Source of the DNA: Botryllus schlosseri
Lineage: Eukaryota
Direction of reading: 5' to 3'
Assembly (NCBI GenBank): GCA_051294905.1
Contig: CM119371.1
Span: 39,000,001 to 39,064,000, forward strand
Length of the DNA stretch: 64,000 nucleotides
This document shows positions 26,401 through 38,400 of this stretch, in pieces. The translations under genes were made by a program, and so were the position numbers. The first letter of the stretch is position 1, and every line of letters begins with the position of its first letter. The notes below the pieces were generated by a model that was given only the letters and a program-made list of their open reading frames with translations, was not told the origin of the DNA and did no database searches.

Positions 26401-29400
26401 AAATATTTGGGCTTAGGCTATTTCAATGCGAATACATTTTTATATTGTATAAGTGAATTCATTTTTACAGATAACTGGATATATACTGCACGATACATCG
26501 CTATCCTTACTTCGCCACGGATAAATCGTGATTATGCGATTAGCGGATACATTTGTGTTGTGTTCGAATATTATCTTTATGATGATCGTTCCTCCATTTT
26601 ATTGATGAAAAAGATGTCGTAAGTACATTTATAGAACGATCAATAATAATGAGGATTTTTATCCCCTAGAACCCACATATTACTTATCTTTAAATGTATT
26701 CTGAATGAGATGACATCATCAAAATCATCCTTTATTTATCGACGACAGAAGTGGGCAGCCACAGGCAGATCTGCCAATTGTGGCATGCGACAATATTTTA
26801 AGTGCCACGCCAAATTATATTACCAGCAGGTTATAAGTATGTCATTATTTTCTGAAGAATCCACTTCGACTAATGAAATTTCAGATATGTGGTGTCGGTT
26901 TTGAACAATCCACAATCTCAATCGTGTAACGCTTGACTGGTTTCAGACCATTATTTATCAACTTTCTCCTCAATTTAACCCAGGGGTGGGCAGACTATGG
27001 CCCGCGGGCCGCATGCGGCCTGCAACACCACTTGTGCGGCCCGTGAAAACCTGAAGAAAAGCTGTAAAAATATTGATAAAATGCGTACTAAAAATCAAAT
27101 TACTGTGGATTAAACTGTTTCTCAATATATTTAAACATGATATTCGTGGCATAGTATTTCCTATATTTTGTTGATGTCGTGATAGCCCAACCTCGTGGCC
27201 CATGTATTTGTCATGGTTTCAATTGCTAAACATCACAAAAAGTGAAACGTAAATGACTTAATTTGGACCACGACTGTGATTTTAGATTAGCAACACAAGC
27301 AAGTATAGTACTTTAGTCATGTAATTGGAAAAACCGATTCGCGAGTTTGTGAGATAGAATCGTTCTTTGTATGTGCAGAAGTAGGCCTATTTATATTTTT
27401 AATATTTAAATATTGTAGGTGCGTATTTAAAGGTAACGTGGTTATGATGCTGTCAGCAGTGTGTGTCCTGGAGTTGAACCAAAAGTACAATCAGCAAATC
27501 TATGAACGAATTGCTGCTCACATACTCAAATTTACATCCAGTTCCAAGAATCGGGACAACCGACTTTCATCACTAATTTTGACAATGAGAACGACCGGCT
27601 TATAAATTCTCGTCAATGTTTCTGACACGTGTACGTTTTCATCAAATCAATGTTTGGTTTGTTTTAAGTATGCAAATAGTCAAATATATATATATAATTT
27701 CCATGTTGTCGGTCTCTATATTATCAAATAACAATATGGAATTTTGGCTCAGTATCCCAATTTTATATAGTGAGACCCGCGAATGGATTCAAATGTTGAA
27801 TGCAGCCCGCGAGCTAAACAGTTTGCTCACCCCTGATCTAACCTCTATGCCTACATTGTACGTCTTCAAATACCACTAGGAAATATTGACCATGAGACGA
27901 TAAGCCACTTAGGAATCCAAATATCCAGTCTAAACTGCAGTCCAACATGTAGTTACACAATCCTGAAATTTTATATTTATCTTTACCAATATTCGAACGT
28001 AAAACCATAAAGCTTTGACCGGGACAGTAGCATGATCAACAGCCTACCTATCAGGTGCATACCGGAAACCAAGATTATGCGACACTACTCAAATATTGTG
28101 ATATCAGATCCATCTCAATTTTTTGGCGCGCCCAACTTGCAGTGGCGTACCATGTCATACTCCAAATAAACAGGCTTCAGCATTAGACATGGGATGAATG
28201 AGATAAACCGTCAGATTATATAGCCGACTTCCTGTATTACTTATAGGTCCCAGTCACAGCAGACCGTCTGGACTTCTCGTCCTAAGGAGAAACGACGTGC
28301 TTGGCTCACATCGCTTGCGAAATTTCCAATCGAACAAAACCTTCGATATCAATTCCAATCCACGGCATCACGGTTAAATTTCGTTGAATTGAGAAAAACA
28401 GATTGCGGTGAGAATATATCCACAAGAGAGGGTGTTTATTGCAATAAAAATGATGTTGCATCTGTTAAGAGGACTTGTGCATGTCGATTCCATGTATGAA
28501 TGGAGGTACTTGCGTCAATCGCTTGAAGTCATACACTTGCTTTTGTCCAACGGGCTTTTCAGGAGAGCAATGTCAACAAGGTATGTACGAAGGATCGTTG
28601 TCTTACATTCTCAGAATATTGAGACATTGCCATCTACTGCCAGTAGCTATATTTGTCAGAATATTAATTTACAATCCTAAATATTGATATCGGTAACTCC
28701 TAGACATATGTAGGCAATCTTCCTATACTGCCGTACTGTGAAATGTAATAGACTTTAAATGACACTAATTCTCCGCATTTCACAAGGTTGTATCAGTAGC
28801 GGAGAATAAGAGGATTCAAGTAAAATCCACCTCAGCACTTTACTAAATCACCATAAATATAAAATATTTTGCACAGCGGTAGTTCTAGCTAAGAAATTGA
28901 TGCTTGGGGAGATCACATATTGAATTCGTGGATACTGGTCTGTAAAACCTGTATCTGTACTCAGAATAAATTTATTCCCATCTATTTTGCTATGTATCTC
29001 AGCATTCGTATCTTGGAATCCTTCTCCGCAAGGACACTTAGTACAGCAACAATACCAGGCAAATATGAAGTGTCTCAAAATCTTCAATGTATGAGAATAT
29101 AAAACAAACCAATTTTAATGAAATCTCACCCCCTCCCCCTCCAAAGTTCGTAAAATCCGTCTGGTGGGTTCATCCTAAGTTAGGAGCAACTGCTTTATTG
29201 CCAGAGGCCATAAAATTGATGTCCAATTTGTCCATGCATGGTAATGATGAAAGTTCACCAGGTAGATTCTGTGCATCGATTTTTATTTTGGGTCGTCATG
29301 TTTTCTTTCAGCCGACGTGAATTGCACCTTTACGAGAAGCTTTTGCGGTTTTACCAACGATGGATGGAGATTTTATCATCGAGGTCAGTTCCCTTGCTGT

Positions 29401-32400
29401 ATACATTGCAGTTTGAAAAGCTTCTTGAAGGTACAGAACTTCAATACACAATTGAACAGTATATTCATATTGAAAATAACCCGAATATTTTCGGGTGACA
29501 CTCGTCAGGGTTAATCGTCAGCAACTAGTAGAGAATTGGAAAATACATTGTATCAGTGTTGGGATCAAGTCACTACCTTCGAGTCACGAGTCATTTCGTG
29601 TCATTGCACATTTTGACTCGAGTCAAGTCAAGTCAATCGATTTTCGAAGGTGACTCGAGTCAAGTCAAGTCACTCGATTTTTGGAGGTGACTCGAGTCAA
29701 GTCGAGTCAAGTCAAGTCAAGTCACGAGTCAAGTCACAATTCAAGTCAAGTTGCCTTTTCGAAGTATGAGGCATGGATTGCGTCATTGCATTATGTTATC
29801 TGTCTGAAATACAGTTGAGTGTTCATTGATTTTGAACCGATGAAAGAATATAGAGTTAAATATATACACGCAAGAAGTCGCTGTATCGCTAAAATACGTA
29901 AGCATAGCCTTAGTTTGTAGTTACCAGCTAAAATAGAGAACAGAGAAACGAATTGATAAGATGCAATACATTACATTACCCATTTACATATTGATATGAT
30001 ACAAATCGAGCCTGCGACAATGGTTGAGGACTCAATAAACTACATTCGAATTCAATTTCAATAAAACAGGAGGTTTGGTTAAGGTAAGAATAGAAAACAG
30101 AAATAGACATTTTGCTGTAAGCTTCGATCACTTCGTTTGCGGTCAATTTATTTGTGAAAGAACAATGGAGGCTCAATAAAACGCACGATCATTGAATGAT
30201 TGATCGCATTCACGGGTTAAACCAGCGTTTCGCGAATAATACGAACATATGCAAGTTACTGTGATTTTTATCGACCACGATTACTTGATGACTTGAAATT
30301 GACTCGTGAATTTTGCTCCGAGTCACGAGTCAATCCGCATTTCTGATACGCCGAGTCAAGTCAAGTCAAGTCATTTTAGCAAAGTGACTCGATTCAAGTC
30401 AAGTCATACGAAAAAGGTGACTCGAGTCTGACTCGAGTCAAGTCATGACTCGAGTCATCCCAACACTGCATTGTATATCAACAATCGTATCACAAAATAT
30501 GACGTCACCAGCATGAAATTTCTCGCTCAATGTACTATTTTAGGTGGTACACGAACTCCTTTTGTTGACATAGTTTTGGTTGGTGTATTTTGATAAAAGT
30601 CGACTCCAAGGCACACAAATGGAATTGTTATTCTCTACTAGTTGCTGACGATTACCCCTGACGAGTGTCAGCCAAAAATATACAGGTTCATTTCAATATG
30701 AATGTACTGTTTAATTGTACATTGCAGTTTGTAGACATTTCAGAAGGTTCATTGAATTCACTTCATCGTTATCATTTTACCATGGCCTTGAACTCCGAAC
30801 AATGCTGTGTTTGGTCCGTGCGTTACATACATAGGATGGTTCACTATTTTTCAGAAAATTGGATATATGCAGCACAATACGAATCCACCCTGACTTCGCC
30901 ACCGATTAATCTCGATTATGCAATCACCGGACTCATATGCGTCGTATTCAAATACTACATTTATCTCTATCCCCATGACTCTACTCTGACGGTACAACAG
31001 CTGTAAGTATAGGCATAGCCTACTTGTGATATAGTACAGATAGATCACAACCGTCATGGGACATAAACAAATCTATATTCAAAGCGATCAACCCACAAAA
31101 GATCAAGGAACCGAAGCATCGGTATGTAATATATTTTTTTGATACTGATAGGTCTCAGTCCCGACCAGCATGGGAGTCTCATCCGCATGAAAAGCGAGGT
31201 GATTGGCTCACGTCTTTCGTGAACTTTAGAATTGAACAAAATCTTCAATTTCAAGTCAAATCTACGAGAGGAGTATTATTGAAATTCCTGGAAGTAAGAA
31301 GAACGGATTGCAGTAGGCATATATTTTTTCTCAACCGACGTCGTCCACAAAGTACGAACTAATAATCGTCCACTCTTTTAGAGAACTGGTGCGTTTCGGA
31401 GCCATGCATAAACGGAGGTACTTGTGTCAATCGTTTGAATTCATATACCTGCTTCTGTCCCCGGGGATTCTATGGAGAGCACTGTCAATACGGTGTGTAC
31501 GCATTTTCATGTAGTCTCTGGGCGATATTGTTAATTACAAGTTTCTGAGAAATCGACATTGGGTTGTAATGTGAATTCTTCATCATTGGTCCATCAAACA
31601 TGAACACTAGGCCTACCAGCAGTAACTCTGACCGGTGCTTGTAGAGACATTGAACATTCATGTTTGTACCAAAATGAACAGGACAAATTACTGGATCAAT
31701 TGATTTTTTTGGAAGTGTGGGACAGTCCTAGGAATTTCATCTTTTTATTTGTGATTGCTCAAATAGCTAACGTAGGGAGTTGGCGTAGTTGGTTATATAC
31801 GTCACTGACATCAGCGCGAGAACACAGCGGCTGGAAGGTCGGCTGCTGACTTGTTCCCAATCCCGCATTAAGAGGCCGTTTATCTGTTCATTGCGTCAAT
31901 TTTTGTCTTTTGTGTCGCATGGTACATTGTGTCTCTTGAGTGGATGATAGTCAAAGGACCGCTGATTGTGATTATCAATTTGTAAGCCGTCATCCGTTCT
32001 TAATTTTTCTCAATCTGTTCCCGGTATCAACTCCGACTTACTGACTGTATAGTAGGGCTGTTCAAAAATAACCTTTTTTCCTGAATCTTGTTGGTTACTT
32101 GATCAAATTGTTAGGTTGCCCTAAACAACGACGCACACCAAATTTCAATTCATTCCAACTAATATTCGCGGGTTTCGTAGAGTTTAAAAATTTTGAATTT
32201 GCCTGAAAACGCAAAAAAAAATTTTTCAAATTTTCCTGCCAACCTCGTGAAATTGTTGGGCTGTCTTCAAAAACTATGCAAACAAATTTGACTCAATTCC
32301 AAGCCGTAGAAGCGGAGTTATTCCAGTTTTTCGATGATAATTCTGGGATTATCCATCGATCTGATTTGTTACAAAAGCTTACTCGAAATATCCAGCTTTC

Positions 32401-35400
32401 TGTTTGTGAATATTTAATGACTCCCTACTGTGAGCTTGACCCGAAATCACACAGCATCAAGAACGAAATACGCTACCTGTAGGTAGTCAGCGAATGATGT
32501 TTATTCCACCAATCAATGAAATTGATATCGTTGTCTGATGTAAAAAAAATCTAGCAAGCGTACGGGGTCCCTCTCGATTCCATATGTTTATTGTATCATA
32601 AAAGCCAAATCCGTGCGATTGGGGTGTTGGCTACTGCTGTATATCTTGTTATTGGGGTAAAACCCGTTTTACACTCTGCTCAATATCAACGTAGCAACAC
32701 TAAGACGCCGAATATATTGTCCGGTCTTGCCTAGAACTGTTAAGGCGTAAGCTTATATATTTCCTCGCAAGTCCTCGTCGAAATTGTTTTATGGGATTAT
32801 TATATCATTCGATTACTTGAGTTGATACATTTGGCGACATTTAAAAAGTCAATATGTATACTTCAGCATTGCGGCATTATGTGGCCCGAGTCGTCGCTAG
32901 GTATCGTGTACAATAATATATATCACTTCACTGAAAGTAGGGTTGGAATTAGCAATCTGACATCACGTGACGTCATAAGATTCACGTTCGCGTTCACACA
33001 GAACTTTTAAAAAAGGTTCGCGGTCACACGAACCTGAACTTTTCAGAGGTTCACACCATCCCTAGTCTTTATTTATGAACAATCTAACAGTCGCTTATAC
33101 ATAGTCAGAATTGTTTCTCCGTTAATTGACAAGTGTAGCTACCCTGATATAGCGCGATTAACCTAACATGAAATTAGTCGTTATGTTCCGGTTGGGAGTC
33201 TCTATCGTCGGTGAGCTGTTCCCAGCGCACCATCAAGTAGCGCCGAGTATACGGTATGAGTTGAATTACATACCACCGGGTAGCCTACTCCAATCAGCAC
33301 CGTGCAAAGATAAAGATACAACACTGCACTACAAAAGTGGAGCTACACAGTCCACAAGTAGACTATTCTCAAGCTCCCTACTATACGAACTCGCTCTCAA
33401 AACCACTTGTAGCCATAGAGAACATTGTAACATATGGTTACCATCAGAGTTGGATCAATTGTCATTTGTATTTGTAATTGAATGTAATTAATTACATTTT
33501 TTAATGTAATTGTAATGTAATTGTAATTGAAGCATTTTTATTTTGTGTAATTGTAATTGTAATTGTAATTTGACAAAAATTTTGCTCAATTACAATTACA
33601 ATTACATTAAATTGCTATTGAGACCTGACAAGCACAACATAAAACAATTGACTTATAATGCATTCTCTTTAAACGAACGACAAGGAAGTTTGTGGATCCA
33701 TTCGCGAAGGCCATTGACCGCGCCCTTGCGGGCGGAGTTTATTTTTATTTTTACCGCTATGCTGGCCTCGGCTGCCATTCCATACAATTTTTAAATTACT
33801 AACCAACCGATGGATTCGCAACACGTGGCTCACGATTGAATACGCCGAGAAGCGAACTGCTGAGCCGGCTAAAAGCAGCAGAATTGATAGTCCCATAGCT
33901 GGCGATCCAAGAGTCGAAATTTGATATGTATGGTCGTAATCGAAAGCTAGTGTCGCACTGATTCCGCAATAAAAGTATATTTCCAGGCAATGGTACCATC
34001 CCAAAATAGTCGTGAAAGTCTGGGAATCGGCATTGTTCTGAACAATCGCCATGGGCGTAACTGGTAATTGTTGTAGTCATGCTGCTGCAGCGCTCTCACT
34101 TTTCAGAACAGTCGGCCTTAAACGGCTATTTTGGAGCAGTTACATTGCCCTGACGAGATTTTATTTTGTATTTTCGGAATTAGTACATCAATAGCTTACG
34201 ATGAAGACCAGATGCATCAAATTTGGACGCATGGATCGCCAGCTCTAGGACTATAAAGTTTGCTGGTTTTAGCCGACTTTTCAGTACGTTTGTCGGTACA
34301 TTCATCCGTGACTCACATATTGCTCATCTATCCGTGGGTTGGCAATCTACAATACGATTTCAGATCACGATGATGCATCGTTATTTCGTCTGACTAACTA
34401 ACCAGACCACTGGATATTATATAACGTCTTATCTGACAAAGCACGGTTTTGTTTTTACTCCTCATCCTAATTCCTACGTCCCTCGATAAAAATAATATTG
34501 TTTCTTTAATTATATACTATATACGCAAATCCAACACATGCATATATTATAATACTTTTTCAACGACATACTGCACCCTATCCTCAATCCTAACCCATAG
34601 GAAATTAGGTAAATAACATTTTACATTTCCAATTACGTGAGCCATAATTACCTAGCATACAAAACACGCTTACATTACGTCACAGTGACATCTTACATAG
34701 CATACTATGTACGCACATCAACGCAATTATTACTACACAATCTGAACTAGACTTGAATTGTTGTTAAATACGACGCTACGGTTGTCAAGGACCACGGTTG
34801 AATTTATGACTATTCAATTAAATGTTCAACAGCAGCAATTGTAATTGTAATTGTAATGTAATTGATGCATGCAAGGAGTAATTGTAATTGTAATTGTAAT
34901 GTAATTGATGCATGCAAGGAGTAATTGTAATTGTAATTAAAATTTGATATTTTTAGCATGGAGTAATTGTAATTGTAATGTAATTGAAACATTCATGAAA
35001 GTAATTGTAATTGTAATTGTAATTGAACTGAAATAATGTAATTGATCCAACTCTGGTTACCATACGTCATACTTTAGGACAGGGGTTTTTAACCTGGGGC
35101 GCGCGCCCCTCTTGGGGGGCGCGGAAGGCTCTCAGGGGGGGCGCGAGAAATTTTTGTCAATTTTGTCAATGTCTGTAGAAATTGTGACTAAACATGTGTT
35201 TCACAACCATTCTGAATGGACGATTATTGAAGATTAAACTTAATTCGTGGGCTATTCTAGAAAGCTTGGCAAACTCAAACTCCAGCAGTCACGCTCAACG
35301 GAGTAAAGGCTGACTTCAACTTCATTTGAGCAAATTTTTGATATGCTTTGAAGATTTAGAGAAATTCCTACGTGCACGTCATTCATTACTTTATAGCTTT

Positions 35401-38400
35401 GGAAGTAGCCTAAATCTCTGTGCGCTAGGTAGCTGTTGTTGATAGCTGGCGAACTGCACTGCCTGAGACAGACTTAGATGCAATATAGGTTGCCAGGTTT
35501 TACCCTCAATTTGGCTATAAATTAACACAATTTAATTCATTTTCAAAACTGACCAAATTTAGCATGGCAGGACAGAACGACGCCGTGCTCTTTGTAGTCA
35601 CTACAAGCATCAGGATTATTCTCAGTGCAACCTGCCTTGAAATTAATTGATGTCCTTTTCAATATTTTTTTGGTATTTTCAAACAAGTTTGGGGCTGTTT
35701 GTCAGCAATGCAAAAGACTAAACAACTGGAATGCGGATTCAAAATTGGCGTAAGATATACCTCATGTATACTATTAGATCAGGGGTGGGCATCCCGTTCG
35801 GCCTCATGCGGCCGTAGAACGGAATTTGTGCGGCCGTCGACGCCTAATTCAATTTGTGTTGGCAGCCGTAGACGTGCAAATTGCAATTACGAATTCACTC
35901 CCGAATTTTCGAGAGATTTTATTTAATCTTGAAATTTTCTTCGCGCTCCGCGGAATTCAACAAGACTTCATTTTTCGATTTTAATGCAGTAGCGCCCTTC
36001 TTACTTGGAGCAGGAATGAGAATCCTCAAGAAATAACAATTCATTCGCGGCTCTGAAAAATGTTCGCGCTCCGCGCGACAATATGCACTCCCAGCAACTA
36101 TTCATAACATTGCCACTCGCTATTTCGATGCGTACAATAAGCCGTTGTGAATAGTAGAATAGTCCGGAGTTCACCGGGAATGGATATGGACACTGGACAG
36201 TTTACCATAGGTATTTTGCGTCCAGATCGTTCATTGCGGCTATGCCCTGGAATGCGGCCTTAGGCTACATAAGTAACCGAAATGCGGCCATGATTAGTAG
36301 GAAGGTTGCCCACCTCTGTATTAGATGATGTGCTTCTTTCGACATGACGATAAATGTAAGGGGGGGGGGTGCGACTTTTTGACCATCGCCAAGGGGGGCG
36401 CGTGTCAAAAAAGGTTGAGAACCGCTGCTTTAGGAGGATTTGTCCTCCTTTTTCAGATTTTTGAAAATGTCCTTCTTTTTTTGGCAATTCGTCCTTCGTT
36501 ACAGCTTTTACAGATAAGATAATCGACAGATTCGAGTGAAAATGAGCAGAAATGACGCTAAAGAGCAAAGAAGGAAGCTTTAGTGCAGAGGCCTCAAACC
36601 CAAATGTGCTCGCGGGCCAATTTCCTACTTTTTGATGGCGACGCGGGCCGCAGCACCAATAATAGGGGAATTCAATATATTTCTAAGTAGGCCTTATTTG
36701 ACGGGACCTAGCAGACTGACATTCCACACGCATCGTAAAAATGTGATTTACTATTGGGAATTCACGCCTGACACGAGCAAATTGGATTTTTAGATATCTA
36801 AATAAAATTGTTGCTGCACTAGGCATAGTTTGTCAAAGATAATTAGCTGTAGACACCATGCGAGAGTACAAATGTATCAAGCCATCGTAAAAGCTGTTGG
36901 CTTATAATTCCGCAGCTAGCGGACATTTGACGTGACGCAATTATCGGGAGAATTTCAAAATTTTACAAAGATTGATCTGATATCAGGGCATTGGAGAAGT
37001 ACATCCTAATCCGGGTCTCGGGTATACGGGAGATGTGGTACCGATGGATCAAAAATTGCAAAATGATCTCTTGCCCGCAAATCTTCAGCCGAGAATAGCA
37101 GATCTTTTGCTGTCTCGACACCTCGATACAAGATCTACCTATCGCGGACATTTCCATGAATATCCGCCTTTTCAAAAAATATTTATAAACGTTTAAAACT
37201 TGTTGCTCGAACGTGTCATCGGTCCCCACCCGGTGGGTCCAAAGGCACACGACCATGGGACCTATGAGACATACGCTCAAAACTCAAATTTATTAACTTG
37301 TTTTGATGTGTACTATAATCTAAGCTACAGCAAGCCAATGAAGAATGTTTCTTCGCGACCTTCAAGAATAAAATAGATTATATCAACTCAAATGTTGGCA
37401 TAAAATCATGTTTTGATTTACGCCTAAACTTACAAAATTAATGCCACATACATATTACCCGCAAATCGCCATTTTTACTTTCAAAAACCTCGTAGTAGCG
37501 ATAAAACACCACAGGTAACTATAATTTAGAGCCAATATATATGTAGGCGAGTTTATGTTGCTAAGTGATTAGTTGGTCCATCTATTTGGCTATGGTACCA
37601 TAGGTCCCCCACCCCATAAATATTGTAATTGACTTAAAAATAGTCCACTCGAGGATGGTATTGATTCAAAAAATATGTGCCATTATATACCCTGATACAA
37701 GCCATATACTTGACATCAAAATTTATGGCGGGTTTGTTAGTCTGAAAAGTGATAAAGAAAAATGAAAATGTCGATCCAAATTTACTTTACAGCCCCTAAA
37801 ACGTAAATCATTCGTCACAGACTCCATAACTCACGAAGGTCGAATTTTTTTGCATGTGAGGAAAGATTCTGTCAGCATGTAATTGTAGACAAATTCCCGG
37901 AGTGTAATCATGGAATTATCATGGAGAATTTTTCAAGTATTTTCGGTCCCAGTGATCCATCGGTACCACATCTCCCCTACTCCTGATAACTAGGCTATTG
38001 ATCGTGTCATTACCAAGTCAAATTAAGTCAGCGTTAGATTAAGCTTCGACTATTTGAACAGATCAATAGCGAATTGAGTATAATGATTACTGTGTCACAG
38101 CAATAGAAATGTCCAATCGCCCAAGAATCCATTTGTGTTACAGCTGTGAAGTGTAGGCTACGACTACTTTAAACTCGCAACATTTAATTTGCGATGGATA
38201 AAGATACCCAAGATGACACACGGTGTAACCAACTATACATCAAGCGGGCAACATAATGCCAATGGTTGCCAAACCGGCCTGCCTAGATATATAAATAAGC
38301 TACGAAACAAGCTACGACTTTTTTTGATATTTTACCATTTTCCATGCCAGTTTGATAGTTTGTTGCGTCCGTGTTTGTACCAAGACACAGCGTTCCATGT

